Assembly: GCF_046105845.1 (NCBI RefSeq)
Contig: NZ_CP151004.1
Strand: one strand, 5' to 3'
From: Escherichia coli
GTDB taxonomy: Bacteria > Pseudomonadota > Gammaproteobacteria > Enterobacterales > Enterobacteriaceae
DNA length: 64,000 bases
Shown here in pieces: positions 33,375 through 46,299 of this stretch; the first letter of the stretch is position 1, and each line of letters begins with the position of its first letter. Under the pieces are notes generated by a model, which ran no database searches, was not told where the DNA came from, and was given only the letters and a program-made list of their open reading frames with translations. A program made the translations under genes and the position numbers.

Positions 33375-35615
33375 ATGAACAAGAAGATTCATTCCCTGGC
33401 CTTGTTGGTCAATCTGGGGATTTATGGGGTAGCACAGGCACAAGAGCCAATCGATACTCCTGTTTCACATGACGATACCATTGTCGTTACCGCCGCCGAG
33501 CAGAACTTGCAGGCACCTGGCGTTTCGACCATCACCGCAGATGAAATCCGCAAAAACCCGGTTGCCCGCGATGTGTCGGAGATCATCCGTACCATGCCAG
33601 GCGTTAACCTGACCGGTAACTCCACCAGTGGTCAGCGTGGTAATAACCGCCAGATTGATATTCGCGGCATGGGTCCGGAAAACACGCTGATTTTGATTGA
33701 CGGCAAGCCGGTAAGCAGCCGTAACTCGGTGCGTCAGGGCTGGCGTGGCGAGCGCGATACCCGTGGTGATACCTCCTGGGTGCCACCTGAAATGATTGAA
33801 CGTATTGAAGTTCTGCGTGGTCCGGCAGCTGCGCGTTATGGCAACGGCGCGGCGGGCGGCGTGGTTAACATCATTACCAAAAAAGGCAGTGGTGAGTGGC
33901 ACGGCTCGTGGGACGCATATTTCAATGCGCCAGAACATAAAGAGGAAGGTGCCACCAAACGCACTAACTTTAGCCTCACCGGTCCGCTGGGCGACGAATT
34001 CAGCTTCCGCTTGTATGGCAACCTCGACAAAACTCAGGCTGACGCGTGGGATATCAACCAGGGCCATCAGTCCGCGCGTGCCGGAACGTATGCCACGACG
34101 TTACCAGCCGGGCGCGAAGGGGTAATTAACAAAGATATTAATGGCGTGGTGCGCTGGGACTTCGCGCCTCTGCAATCACTCGAACTGGAAGCGGGCTACA
34201 GCCGCCAGGGTAACCTGTATGCGGGCGACACCCAGAACACCAACTCTGACTCCTATACCCGCTCGAAATATGGCGATGAAACCAACCGTCTGTATCGCCA
34301 GAACTACTCGCTGACATGGAACGGCGGCTGGGATAACGGCGTGACCACCAGCAACTGGGTGCAGTACGAACACACCCGTAACTCGCGTATTCCGGAAGGT
34401 CTGGCGGGCGGTACCGAAGGGAAATTTAACGAAAAAGCGACACAGGATTTCGTCGATATCGATCTCGATGACGTGATGCTGCACAGCGAAGTTAACCTGC
34501 CGATTGATTTCCTCGTTAACCAGACGCTGACGCTGGGTACGGAGTGGAATCAGCAGCGGATGAAGGATTTAAGTTCCAACACCCAGGCGCTGACCGGAAC
34601 GAATACCGGTGGCGCTATTGATGGCGTGAGTGCCACCGACCGTAGCCCGTATTCAAAAGCAGAAATTTTCTCGCTGTTTGCCGAAAACAACATGGAGCTG
34701 ACTGACAGCACCATCGTAACGCCGGGGCTGCGTTTCGATCATCACAGTATTGTCGGCAATAACTGGAGCCCGGCGCTGAACATATCGCAAGGTTTAGGCG
34801 ATGACTTCACGCTGAAAATGGGCATTGCCCGTGCTTATAAAGCGCCGAGTCTGTACCAGACTAACCCGAACTACATTCTCTACAGTAAAGGTCAGGGCTG
34901 CTATGCCAGCGCGGGCGGCTGCTATCTGCAAGGTAACGATGACCTGAAAGCGGAAACCAGCATCAACAAAGAGATTGGTCTGGAGTTCAAACGCGACGGC
35001 TGGCTGGCGGGCGTCACCTGGTTCCGTAACGATTATCGCAATAAGATTGAAGCGGGCTATGTGGCTGTAGGGCAAAACGCAGTCGGCACCGATCTCTATC
35101 AGTGGGATAACGTGCCGAAAGCGGTGGTTGAAGGTCTGGAAGGATCGTTAAACGTACCGGTTAGCGAAACGGTGATGTGGACTAATAACATCACTTATAT
35201 GCTGAAGAGTGAAAACAAAACCACGGGCGACCGTTTGTCGATCATCCCGGAGTATACGTTGAACTCAACGCTGAGCTGGCAGGCACGAGAAGATTTGTCG
35301 ATGCAAACGACCTTCACCTGGTACGGTAAGCAGCAGCCGAAGAAGTACAACTATAAAGGTCAGCCAGCGGTTGGCCCGGAAACCAAAGAAATCAGTCCTT
35401 ACAGCATTGTGGGTCTGAGCGCGACCTGGGATGTGACGAAGAATGTCAGTCTGACCGGCGGCGTGGACAACCTGTTCGACAAACGTTTGTGGCGTGCGGG
35501 TAATGCCCAGACCACGGGCGATCTGGCAGGGGCCAACTATATCGCCGGTGCCGGGGCGTATACCTATAACGAGCCGGGACGTACGTGGTATATGAGCGTA
35601 AACACCCACTTCTGA
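33375..35615 (+). CDS. fepA: TonB-dependent ferric enterobactin outer membrane receptor FepA
   Basis: ORF 33315..35615 trimmed to the MNKKIHSLALLVNLGIYGVAQA signal peptide (746 aa); ends in the terminal aromatic residue typical of beta-barrels. Confidence 0.95.
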   Translation: MNKKIHSLALLVNLGIYGVAQAQEPIDTPVSHDDTIVVTAAEQNLQAPGVSTITADEIRKNPVARDVSEIIRTMPGVNLTGNSTSGQRGNNRQIDIRGMGPENTLILIDGKPVSSRNSVRQGWRGERDTRGDTSWVPPEMIERIEVLRGPAAARYGNGAAGGVVNIITKKGSGEWHGSWDAYFNAPEHKEEGATKRTNFSLTGPLGDEFSFRLYGNLDKTQADAWDINQGHQSARAGTYATTLPAGREGVINKDINGVVRWDFAPLQSLELEAGYSRQGNLYAGDTQNTNSDSYTRSKYGDETNRLYRQNYSLTWNGGWDNGVTTSNWVQYEHTRNSRIPEGLAGGTEGKFNEKATQDFVDIDLDDVMLHSEVNLPIDFLVNQTLTLGTEWNQQRMKDLSSNTQALTGTNTGGAIDGVSATDRSPYSKAEIFSLFAENNMELTDSTIVTPGLRFDHHSIVGNNWSPALNISQGLGDDFTLKMGIARAYKAPSLYQTNPNYILYSKGQGCYASAGGCYLQGNDDLKAETSINKEIGLEFKRDGWLAGVTWFRNDYRNKIEAGYVAVGQNAVGTDLYQWDNVPKAVVEGLEGSLNVPVSETVMWTNNITYMLKSENKTTGDRLSIIPEYTLNSTLSWQAREDLSMQTTFTWYGKQQPKKYNYKGQPAVGPETKEISPYSIVGLSATWDVTKNVSLTGGVDNLFDKRLWRAGNAQTTGDLAGANYIAGAGAYTYNEPGRTWYMSVNTHF

Positions 35616-35652
35616 TGCTAACGTCAGATTGTTGACAAAGTGCGCGTCGTTC

Positions 35653-35754
35653 ATGCCGGATGCGGCGTGAACGCCTTATCAGGCCTACAAAAATCTTGTC
35701 AATTCAATATATTGCAGGACCACGTAGGCCTGATAAGCGTAGCGCATCAGGCAG
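35653..35754. repeat. Pair of inverted REP (repetitive extragenic palindrome, BIME-like) elements
   Basis: atgccggatgcggcgtgaacgccttatcaggcctac and the inverted gtaggcctgataagcgtagcgcatcaggca match the enterobacterial REP consensus. Confidence 0.85.
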
Positions 35755-35789
35755 TTTTGCGTTTGTCATCATTCTCTAATATGGTCGAC

Positions 35790-36410
35790 ATGAAAACTAC
35801 GCATACCTCCCTCCCCTTTGCAGGACATACGCTGCATTTTGTTGAGTTTGATCCGGCGAGTTTTCGCGAGCAGGATTTACTCTGGCTGCCACACTACGCA
35901 CAACTGCAACACGCTGGACGTAAACGTAAAACAGAGCATTTAGCTGGACGGATCGCTGCTGTTTATGCCTTGCGGGAATATGGCTATAAATATGTGCCCG
36001 CTATCGGCGAGCTACGCCAACCTGTGTGGCCTGCGGAGGTATACGGCAGTATTAGCCACTGCGGGACTACGGCATTAGCCGTGGTATCTCGTCAACCGAT
36101 TGGCATTGATATCGAAGAGATTTTCTCTGTACAAATCGCAAGAGAATTGACAGACAACATTATTACACCAGCAGAACACGAGCGACTCGCAGAATGCGGT
36201 TTAACCTTTTCTCTGGCGCTGACACTGGCATTTTCCGCCAAAGAGAGCGCATTTAAGGCAAGCAAGATACAGGCCGCTCAAGGTTTTCTGGATTATCAGA
36301 TAATTAGCTGGAATAAACAGCGGATCATCATTCGACTAGAGGATGAGCAGTTTGCTGTGCACTGGCATATAAAAGAAAAGATAGTCATAACGCTGTGCCA
36401 ACACGATTAA
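35790..36410 (+). CDS. entD: Phosphopantetheinyl transferase EntD
   Basis: ORF 35640..36410 trimmed to MKTTHTSLPFAGHTL (206 aa); the longer ORF would read through the REP elements. Confidence 0.92.
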   Translation: MKTTHTSLPFAGHTLHFVEFDPASFREQDLLWLPHYAQLQHAGRKRKTEHLAGRIAAVYALREYGYKYVPAIGELRQPVWPAEVYGSISHCGTTALAVVSRQPIGIDIEEIFSVQIARELTDNIITPAEHERLAECGLTFSLALTLAFSAKESAFKASKIQAAQGFLDYQIISWNKQRIIIRLEDEQFAVHWHIKEKIVITLCQHD

Positions 36411-36531
36411 TTGACAACTTCTGGTACGATTCGCCCGCAGCCATTGCTGACCGCGGGCGAAAGTGTAAAGCAGGTGCCTTACCATCCTGACCTGACAACC
36501 GGATATGCGGGGATTGCTCCCAACACAACGG

Positions 36532-36684
36532 CTACTTCTTCGGTTCGTAAGCGAGAACAGCCTTAAACTCAATATTACGTTCCTTCACCGTAAACTCACA
36601 CAGCGAGTCTCCGACCAGAAGCGTAAATCCCAGCACCGTTAAACACAGCACTATGACTGCCACAAGGGCATATTTCGTCAGCAT
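36532..36684 (-). CDS. hokE: Type I toxin Hok-family protein HokE, copy 1 (50 aa)
   Basis: [50 protein letters not shown]; Hok-family hallmarks (single TM, LCE and AYEP motifs); recognised as HokE. Confidence 0.9.
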   Translation of the reverse strand: MLTKYALVAVIVLCLTVLGFTLLVGDSLCEFTVKERNIEFKAVLAYEPKK

Positions 36685-36784
36685 GTTTATATTGCCTCCA
36701 TGCGAAGAAGGGACTACCATCCAAATTGTTCAGGTTTGGGTAGGTAGCCCCAGGGTTGATAGAAATATCGTCCTGGGGCTTCAT
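36596..36784 (-). CDS. mok-like overlapping reading frame (modulator of killing), copy 1
   Basis: 62-codon frame starting upstream of and overlapping hok in another frame, as in hok/mok/sok loci; GGAAAG Shine-Dalgarno upstream. Confidence 0.6.
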   Translation of the reverse strand: MKPQDDISINPGATYPNLNNLDGSPFFAWRQYKHADEICPCGSHSAVFNGAGIYASGRRLAV

Positions 36785-36790
36785 CTTTCC
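36727..36790 (+). ncRNA. sokE: Candidate Sok-type antisense RNA, copy 1 (boundaries approximate)
   Basis: Plus-strand promoter-like TTGCCT-17 nt-TACCAT at 36692..36720, then a single-stranded stretch and a hairpin ccccagg / cctgggg (36749..36779) with a U-rich tail, antisense to the mok start region. Predicted from sequence architecture only. Confidence 0.35.
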
Positions 36791-37035
36791 AGACCTCAGA
36801 GTTAACCTGAAACCGGAAAGCTTCAGGCACCCGCCGTTATCTTACCCTTCCTCAGCAAAATAGCTGTTTATTTATACAGTGAATCCTGTTTCGGACTTCT
36901 GTTGGCAAAACTGATCATTGCCCTTAAAACGACATCGCCCGCAGCCATTGCTGACCGCGGGCGAAAGTGTAAAACAGGTGCCTTACCACCCTGACCTGAC
37001 AACCGGATATGCGGGGATTACTCCCCGCACAACGG

Positions 37036-37188
37036 CTACTTCTTCGGTTCGTAAGCGAGAACAGCCTTAAACTCAATATTACGTTCCTTCACCGTAAACT
37101 CACACAGCGAGTCTCCGACCAGAAGCGTAAATCCCAGCACCGTCAAACACAGCACTATGACTGCCGCAAGGGCATATTTCGTCAGCAT
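37036..37188 (-). CDS. hokE: Type I toxin Hok-family protein HokE, copy 2 (50 aa, one V-to-A difference from copy 1)
   Basis: [50 protein letters not shown]; intact frame. Confidence 0.88.
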   Translation of the reverse strand: MLTKYALAAVIVLCLTVLGFTLLVGDSLCEFTVKERNIEFKAVLAYEPKK

Positions 37189-37288
37189 GTTTATATTGCC
37201 TCCATGCGAAGAAGGGACTACCATCCAAATTGTTTGGGTTTGGAGTGGCAGCCCCAGGGTTGATAGAAATATCGTCCTGGGGCTTCAT
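37100..37288 (-). CDS. mok-like overlapping reading frame, copy 2
   Basis: 62-codon frame overlapping hok copy 2; differs from copy 1 in its N-terminal part (GAATPNPNN versus GATYPNLNN). Confidence 0.55.
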   Translation of the reverse strand: MKPQDDISINPGAATPNPNNLDGSPFFAWRQYKHADEICPCGSHSAVFDGAGIYASGRRLAV

Positions 37289-37294
37289 CTTTCC
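37231..37294 (+). ncRNA. sokE: Candidate Sok-type antisense RNA, copy 2 (boundaries approximate)
   Basis: Same promoter-like element and hairpin as copy 1; the predicted 5-prime tail carries 5 substitutions relative to copy 1. Confidence 0.3.
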
Positions 37295-37622
37295 AGACCT
37301 CAGAGTTAACCTGAAACCGGAAAGCTTCAGGCACCCGCCGTTATCTTACCCTTCTTCAGCAAAATGGCTGTTTATTTATACAGTGAGTCCTGTTTCGGAC
37401 TTCTCAATCCTCATTTGATCAACTGAAGCTGAACCCGTTTTTTTTCTGCATGCCTCAATCGTCAAAATTCTTCGCCACCAGTCCGCACTGCCATAACTTG
37501 TCATATTGCAAAATGTAGCCAATTTGCTTCAGTCACCATCATCAAAAAAAGAAACATTCCAGAACTTCCGCATCTCGCCCAGTCGCTCCCACTTCTATAC
37601 TGAATAGAAAACGCCAACATAA

Positions 37623-38750
<1,128 letters not shown>

Positions 38751-38815
38751 GCCGGGAATTGCCTTACAGAAGAATATCCCTGACAATGGTGTTTTAACTT
38801 ACATTTAACAATGTT

Positions 38816-39064
38816 ATGAAACACCCTTTAGAAACCTTGACCACCGCAGCAGGCATTTTGCTGATGGCTTTCCTTTCTTGCCTGCTGCTGCCCGCCCCCG
38901 CACTGGGGCTGACGCTGGCACAAAAACTGGTGACCATGTTCCATCTGATGGATCTTAGCCAGCTTTACACTTTATTGTTTTGTCTGTGGTTTTTAGTGCT
39001 GGGCGCTATTGAGTATTTTGTTCTGCGCTTTATCTGGCGACGCTGGTTCTCGCTGGCGGATTAA
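38816..39064 (+). CDS. ybdJ: Small inner membrane protein YbdJ
   Basis: 82 aa ORF with two hydrophobic segments; synteny. Confidence 0.8.
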
Positions 39065-39128
39065 ACGTCGATTATCGCCGAACTTCGCGGCATACTTTGC
39101 TTATTCTCCTTCGCCTAAAGGAACGTTT

Positions 39129-39497
39129 ATGGATAAGCAATCACTGCACGAAACGGCGAAACGCCTGGCCCTTGAGTTACCCTTTGTCGAGCTTTGCTGG
39201 CCTTTTGGCCCGGAGTTCGATGTTTTTAAAATTGGCGGCAAGATTTTTATGCTGTCGTCGGAGCTGCGCGGCGTCCCCTTTATCAATCTGAAGTCCGATC
39301 CACAAAAATCCCTGTTAAATCAGCAAATATACCCGAGCATCAAGCCAGGGTATCACATGAATAAAAAGCACTGGATTTCAGTGTATCCCGGCGAGGAAAT
39401 CTCCGAAGCGTTACTTCGCGATCTGATCAACGATTCGTGGAATCTGGTGGTTGATGGTCTGGCTAAACGCGATCAAAAAAGAGTGCGTCCAGGCTAA
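39129..39497 (+). CDS. ybdF: Uncharacterised protein YbdF (DUF419)
   Basis: ORF 39009..39497 trimmed to [19 protein letters not shown] (122 aa). Confidence 0.85.
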
Positions 39498-39590
39498 AGC
39501 GGGAATCTATAGCGCATTTTTCTCGCTTACCATTTTTCGTTGAACCTTGTAATCTGCTGGCACGCAAAATTACTTTCACATGGAGTCTTT

Positions 39591-40244
39591 ATGGATATCA
39601 TTTCTGTCGCCTTAAAGCGTCATTCCACTAAGGCATTTGATGCCAGCAAAAAACTTACCCCGAAACAGGCCGAGCAGATCAAAACTCTCCTGCAATACAG
39701 CCCATCCAGTACCAACTCCCAGCCGTGGCATTTTATTGTTGCCAGCACGGAAGAAGGTAAAGCGCGTGTTGCCAAATCCGCTGCCGGTAATTACGTGTTC
39801 AACGAGCGTAAAATGCTTGATGCCTCGCACGTTGTGGTGTTCTGTGCAAAAACCGCGATGGACGATGCCTGGCTGAAGCTGGTTGTTGACCAGGAAGATG
39901 CCGATGGCCGCTTTGCCACGCCAGAAGCGAAAGCCGCGAACGATAAAGGTCGCAAGTTCTTCGCTGATATGCACCGTAAAGATCTGCATGATGATGCGCA
40001 GTGGATGGCAAAACAGGTTTATCTCAACGTCGGTAACTTCCTGCTCGGCGTGGCGGCTCTGGGTCTGGACGCGGTACCCATCGAAGGTTTTGACGCCGCC
40101 ATCCTCGATGAAGAATTTGATCTGAAAGAGAAAGGCTACACCAGTCTGGTGGTTGTTCCGGTGGGTCATCACAGCGTTGAAGATTTTAACGCTACGCTGC
40201 CGAAATCTCGTCTGCCGCAAAACATTACCTTAACCGAAGTGTAA
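39591..40244 (+). CDS. nfsB: Oxygen-insensitive NAD(P)H nitroreductase NfsB
   Basis: ORF 39540..40244 trimmed to [17 protein letters not shown] (217 aa). Confidence 0.93.
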   Translation: MDIISVALKRHSTKAFDASKKLTPKQAEQIKTLLQYSPSSTNSQPWHFIVASTEEGKARVAKSAAGNYVFNERKMLDASHVVVFCAKTAMDDAWLKLVVDQEDADGRFATPEAKAANDKGRKFFADMHRKDLHDDAQWMAKQVYLNVGNFLLGVAALGLDAVPIEGFDAAILDEEFDLKEKGYTSLVVVPVGHHSVEDFNATLPKSRLPQNITLTEV

Positions 40245-40303
40245 TTCTCCCTTGCCGGGCATCTGCCCGGCTATTTCCCCTCAGATTCTCCTGATTTGCA
40301 TAA

Positions 40304-41599
<1,296 letters not shown>

Positions 41600-41608
41600 T
41601 TAAAAAAA

Positions 41609-41635
41609 CCGCTCTCATCGAATGGATGAGAGCGG
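41609..41635. terminator. Bidirectional terminator hairpin between the convergent ybdG and pheP
   Basis: Perfect 11-bp stem ccgctctcatc / gatgagagcgg with a 5-nt loop, flanked by an A-run upstream and a T-run downstream; a degenerate REP-like sequence follows and overlaps the pheP stop. Confidence 0.7.
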
Positions 41636-41666
41636 ACATCGTTTTGTCGGATGTAGCGTGAATGCC

Positions 41667-43043
41667 TTATTTCCGACGCAGCGTTTTAAACGCTACAAAC
41701 AGGAATACAATCCACACTGGCAGCAGAATCGCTGACAAGCGCATATCATCCATCGTGCACATCAGCAGCAAAATCATGCCGAGGAAGGCGATGCAGAGAT
41801 AGTTGCCGAACGGATAGAGCAGCGCCTTAAACTGTGTTTCACGTCCCTGACGTCGCATCGCCGCGCGAAAACGCAGATGCGCCAGGCAGATCATAATCCA
41901 GTTCAACAGCAGCGTTGCTACCACCAGCGCCATCAGCAGACCAAACGCTTTTTGCGGCAGCAGATAGTTGATTAACACCACCAGCGAAGTGATGGCTCCG
42001 GAAAGCATCAGCGAGTTAATCGGCACGCCGCGACGGCTGACGCGAGTCAAAAACTTCGGTGCATTACCCTGCACAGAAAGGCCAAACAGCATCCGACTGT
42101 TAGAGTAAACCCCGCTGTTATACACCGATAATGATGCTACCAGAATGACGAAGTTCAGCGCAGAAGCTACCACGTTGCTGTCGAGATTATGGAAAATCAT
42201 CACAAACGGGCTACTGTTGGATTTCACTTCCACCCACGGATAGAGTGCCAGTAAAACCACCAGTGAACCGATATAAAACAGCAGGATTCGATACACCACC
42301 TGATTCACTGCTTTCGGGATGCTTTTTTCCGGATCGCGCGCTTCAGCCGCAGTAATCCCAATCAGCTCCAGACCGCCGAAGGAGAACATAATTACCGCCA
42401 GCGACAAAATCAGCCCATTCCAGCCGGTGGCGAAGAAACCACCGTAGCGCCAGAGGTTGTCGATACTGGCTTTCTCGCCGCCGTGACCAGAAAACAGCAG
42501 CCACAGGCCAAAGCCGATCATACCGATGATTGCCAGCACTTTAATCAGCGCAAACCAGAACTCGGTTTCGCCATATAAGCGCACGTTCACCAGGTTAACG
42601 GCGTTGATGATAATAAAGAAGGCGGCAGCCCAAATCCACGTTGGAACATCCGGGAACCAGTACTGCATATAGATGCCCGCAGCGGTCAGCTCTGCCATTC
42701 CCACCAGCACGAACATTACCCAGTAGTTCCAGCCAGAGAGGAAGCCCGCAAACGGTCCCCAGTATTTATAGGCAAAGTGGGCAAATGAACCGGATACCGG
42801 CTCTTCGACCACCATCTCGCCGAGCTGGCGCATAATCAGGAAAGCGATGATCCCGGCGACGCCGTAGCCCAGCAATACAGCCGGACCCGCCATCTGAATC
42901 GCCGGGCCAATGCCAAGAAACAGACCAGTACCAATTGCGCCACCCAGCGCAATCAGTTGAATATGACGGTTATGTAATCCGCGATGAAGCGTCGGCTCTT
43001 GATTCGACGCAGTATCTTCCGATACGGTTGACGCGTTTTTCAC
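41667..43043 (-). CDS. pheP: Phenylalanine-specific permease PheP
   Basis: 458 aa APC-family transporter; the codon corresponding to the recalled N-terminus (KNASTVSEDT) is GTG here, preceded by AGGGGAAAGG; an in-frame ATG 12 codons upstream (43079) is the alternative start. Confidence 0.9.
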   Translation of the reverse strand: MKNASTVSEDTASNQEPTLHRGLHNRHIQLIALGGAIGTGLFLGIGPAIQMAGPAVLLGYGVAGIIAFLIMRQLGEMVVEEPVSGSFAHFAYKYWGPFAGFLSGWNYWVMFVLVGMAELTAAGIYMQYWFPDVPTWIWAAAFFIIINAVNLVNVRLYGETEFWFALIKVLAIIGMIGFGLWLLFSGHGGEKASIDNLWRYGGFFATGWNGLILSLAVIMFSFGGLELIGITAAEARDPEKSIPKAVNQVVYRILLFYIGSLVVLLALYPWVEVKSNSSPFVMIFHNLDSNVVASALNFVILVASLSVYNSGVYSNSRMLFGLSVQGNAPKFLTRVSRRGVPINSLMLSGAITSLVVLINYLLPQKAFGLLMALVVATLLLNWIMICLAHLRFRAAMRRQGRETQFKALLYPFGNYLCIAFLGMILLLMCTMDDMRLSAILLPVWIVFLFVAFKTLRRK

Positions 43044-43144
43044 GCCTTTCCCCTGTGTGTCTTTTTTGTTGAGGGGCACCTTTTAACATTTAGTGCCCAT
43101 CGTCGCAAGACACAATCCACACGGTTAAACCGGGTATCCTGCTT

Positions 43145-46100
43145 TTATTTCCGTACCCGATGTCGGTGCAGCCACATCAGCTTATACGCCGCCGGGATAA
43201 TAAACAGCGACAGCAAAGGCGCGGTGATCATGCCGCCAATCATCGGCGCGGCAATCCGGCTCATCACCTCTGATCCTGCCCCCGTTCCCCACAGAATCGG
43301 CAGCAGACCAGCGATAATCACCGCCACCGTCATCGCTTTCGGGCGCACGCGCAGGACAGCGCCGTGATACAACGCCTCATCCAGCTTCTGCTCGCTGAAT
43401 GTTTGCGGATTATTCAACGACGGCTCGGCCTCTATGGCGTGACGTAAATACATCAGCATCACCACGCCAAATTCGGCGGCGACTCCGGCGAGGGCAATAA
43501 AACCGGTGCCCGTCGCCACGGAAAGATGAAAGCCCATCCACCACAGCAACCAGATGCCGCCCACCAGCGCAAACGGTACGCTGCTGATAATCAGCAACGC
43601 TTCGCCCACCCGACGGAACGCCAGATACAACAGCACGAAGATGATCATCAACGTCATCGGCACCATGAGTTTCAGCTTATGGTTGGCGCGCTCCAGTAGC
43701 TCGAACTGCCCGGAGAATGCCACGCTGGTGCCCGGTTTTAACTGCACTTTTTCAGCTATCGCTTTTTGCAAATCGTGAACCACCGACACCATGTCACGAT
43801 CGCGGGCATCGATATAAATCCAGCTCGTCGGGCGCGCATTCTCGGTTTTCAGCATCGACGGTCCGGTAGAGACTTTAACGTCGGCCACGTCTGCCAGGGT
43901 GATTTGCTGCTTCATCGGCGTCAGGATCGGCAACTGGCGCAGCGCCTGCGGACTATCGCGCCAGCTTTGCGGATAACGCAGATTAATTGGATAACGGGCA
44001 ATCCCTTCCACCGTTTCGCCAACCATCGCCCCGCCCACCGCAGATGTCACAAACAACTGCACATCCGCCACCGTCATACCGTAACGCGCGGCTTTTTCAC
44101 GGTTAATCTCAACGTTGATATAGCGCCCACCTTCCAGACGTTCAGCAAGGGCAGAAGCCACGCCTGGCACCGTTCGTGCCACTTCTTCAATTTGCTCCGC
44201 CATCGCGTCGATATCCGCCAGCACAGTGCCGGAAACTTTAATGCCGATGGGGCTTTTAATGCCAGTCGAGAGCATATCGATACGGTTACGAATTGGCGGC
44301 ACCCACAGATTCGCCAGCCCCGGCAGCCGCACGGTGTTATCCAGTTCCTCGATGATTTTGTCCATCGTCATGCCTGGCCGCCACTGATCTTGTGGCTTAA
44401 GCTGGATGGTCGTTTCTACCATCTCCAGCGGAGCAGAATCGGTGGCGGTTTCCGCTTTCCCGGTTTTGCCAAATACCCGCGCCACTTCAGGTACGCTCAT
44501 AATCAGCTTGTCGGTTTTTTGCAGCATACTCGCCGCCTCTGCTGCGGAAATCCCCGGCAGCGTCGATGGCATATATAACAAGTCGCCTTCATTAATCTGC
44601 GGTAAAAATTCCCCGCCAACTTTATTGAGCGGCCAGAGAATCGTCAGCACCGAAAGCGCTGCCACCAGCAGCGTGGTTTTCGGCCAGTGCAGTACTTTCA
44701 GCAACAGCGGATGATAAACACGAATCAAGAAGCGATTGAGCGGGTTACTGCTTTCTGGCGGAATTTTGCCACGGATCCAGTAACCCATCAGGATAGGGAT
44801 CACTACGATCGCCAGCAGCGCCGCGCCCGCCATCGCATAGGTTTTGGTGAACGCCAACGGGCCAAACAGACGCCCTTCCTGCCCTTCCAGGGTGAAGATC
44901 GGGATAAACGACAGTGTGATAATCAGCAGACTGATAAACAGCGCCGGACCCACTTCAACAGACGCATCGGTAATCACCTGCCAGCGCGTTTTATTATCCA
45001 GCGTGGCGTCAGGATGCTGGTGCTGCCACTCTTCCAGCCGTTTATGCGCATTCTCGATCATGACGATAGCGGCATCGACCATCGCCCCGACGGCAATCGC
45101 AATACCGCCCAGCGACATAATATTGGCGTTCAGTCCCTGAAAGTGCATGACAATAAAAGCAATACACAACCCCAGCGGCAACGAAATAATCGCCACCAGC
45201 GCCGAGCGCACATGCCAGAGAAACAGCGCACAGACTACCGCCACCACAATAAACTCTTCCAGCAACTTGCCGCTGAGGTTGTCGATGGCGCGGTCAATGA
45301 GCTGGCTGCGATCGTATGTTGTAACTATCTCCACGCCTTCCGGCAGACTGCTTTTCAGCGTTTCCAGTTTGTCTTTCACGGCGGCGATCACTTCTCGGGC
45401 GTTTTTGCCGGAGCGCAGGATCACCACCCCGCCCGCCACTTCGCCTTCGCCGTTCAGTTCGGCAATGCCCCGGCGCATCTCCGGGCCAATCTGGACCTTC
45501 GCAACATCGCGCAGATAAACGGGCACGCCATTTTCACTGGCTTTTAAAACGATGTGATTAAAGTCGTCGAGCGTTTGCAGATAGCCGCTGGCGCGCACCA
45601 TATATTCCGCTTCCGCCAGTTCGATCGACGAACCGCCCGCTTCCTGGTTTGAAGCATCCAGCGCGCTTTTTACTTCGGCGAGACTGATACCATATTGCGC
45701 CAGGCGCTGGGGATCGATAACCACCTGATACTCTTTCACCACGCCGCCCACCGACGCCACTTCCGCAACGTCAGGGATGGTTTTTAGCTCATATTTGAGA
45801 AACCAATCCTGCAATGAGCGTAAATCGGCCAGATCGTGCTTACCGCTGCGATCCACCAGTGCATATTCATAGATCCAGCCAACACCCGTGGCATCTGGTC
45901 CCAGCTCGGCGCTGACTCCCGCAGGCAGCTTACCCTGTACCTGGTTGAGGTACTCCAGCACCCGCGAACGCGCCCAGTACGGATCGGTACCATCTTCGAA
46001 AATGACATACACATAAGAGTCGCCAAACTGCGAGAAACCGCGCACAGTCTTCGCGCCAGGCACCGACAACATGGTGGTGGTTAGCGGATAAGTCACCTGA

Positions 46101-46288
46101 TTTTCAACGATTTGCGGTGCCTGACCGGGATAGCTGGTTTTAATAATCACCTGCACATCGGAGAGATCCGGCAGCGCATCCACTGGCGTATTAATGATGG
46201 TCCAGGTGCCCCAGATACTCAGAAACAACGCGCCCATCAGCACCAGAAAACGGTTCGCCACCGAGCGACGAATAATCCATTCAATCAT
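43145..46288 (-). CDS. cusA: Cu(I)/Ag(I) efflux RND transporter CusA
   Basis: 1047 aa RND pump ORF; operon cusCFBA. Confidence 0.95.
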   Translation of the reverse strand: MIEWIIRRSVANRFLVLMGALFLSIWGTWTIINTPVDALPDLSDVQVIIKTSYPGQAPQIVENQVTYPLTTTMLSVPGAKTVRGFSQFGDSYVYVIFEDGTDPYWARSRVLEYLNQVQGKLPAGVSAELGPDATGVGWIYEYALVDRSGKHDLADLRSLQDWFLKYELKTIPDVAEVASVGGVVKEYQVVIDPQRLAQYGISLAEVKSALDASNQEAGGSSIELAEAEYMVRASGYLQTLDDFNHIVLKASENGVPVYLRDVAKVQIGPEMRRGIAELNGEGEVAGGVVILRSGKNAREVIAAVKDKLETLKSSLPEGVEIVTTYDRSQLIDRAIDNLSGKLLEEFIVVAVVCALFLWHVRSALVAIISLPLGLCIAFIVMHFQGLNANIMSLGGIAIAVGAMVDAAIVMIENAHKRLEEWQHQHPDATLDNKTRWQVITDASVEVGPALFISLLIITLSFIPIFTLEGQEGRLFGPLAFTKTYAMAGAALLAIVVIPILMGYWIRGKIPPESSNPLNRFLIRVYHPLLLKVLHWPKTTLLVAALSVLTILWPLNKVGGEFLPQINEGDLLYMPSTLPGISAAEAASMLQKTDKLIMSVPEVARVFGKTGKAETATDSAPLEMVETTIQLKPQDQWRPGMTMDKIIEELDNTVRLPGLANLWVPPIRNRIDMLSTGIKSPIGIKVSGTVLADIDAMAEQIEEVARTVPGVASALAERLEGGRYINVEINREKAARYGMTVADVQLFVTSAVGGAMVGETVEGIARYPINLRYPQSWRDSPQALRQLPILTPMKQQITLADVADVKVSTGPSMLKTENARPTSWIYIDARDRDMVSVVHDLQKAIAEKVQLKPGTSVAFSGQFELLERANHKLKLMVPMTLMIIFVLLYLAFRRVGEALLIISSVPFALVGGIWLLWWMGFHLSVATGTGFIALAGVAAEFGVVMLMYLRHAIEAEPSLNNPQTFSEQKLDEALYHGAVLRVRPKAMTVAVIIAGLLPILWGTGAGSEVMSRIAAPMIGGMITAPLLSLFIIPAAYKLMWLHRHRVRK

Positions 46289-46299
46289 TGGTTATTCCC

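Larger units (their letters stand above)
36431..36900. repeat. Copy 1 of a tandemly duplicated ~470-bp hok/mok/sok module
   Basis: Aligns base-for-base with 36935..37404 at a 504-bp period with about 15 substitutions and no indels; a unique 34-bp spacer separates the copies. Confidence 0.9.
36935..37404. repeat. Copy 2 of the tandemly duplicated hok/mok/sok module
   Basis: See copy 1; about 97 percent identical by eye. Confidence 0.9.

Noticed and set aside
35640-35789. N-terminal extension of the entD ORF reading through the fepA-entD spacer
   Set aside because: The extension is encoded by the REP palindromes and is unlikely to be translated; the MKTTHTSLPF start fits the expected EntD length.
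39009-39128. Upstream extension of the ybdF ORF overlapping the ybdJ 3-prime end
   Set aside because: The longest-ORF artefact overlaps ybdJ in another frame; the MDKQSLHET start gives the expected 122 aa protein.
41641-41680. Possible REP element downstream of the ybdG/pheP terminator
   Set aside because: It matches the REP consensus only partially and overlaps the pheP stop codon; treated as a degenerate REP-like sequence, not a called repeat.
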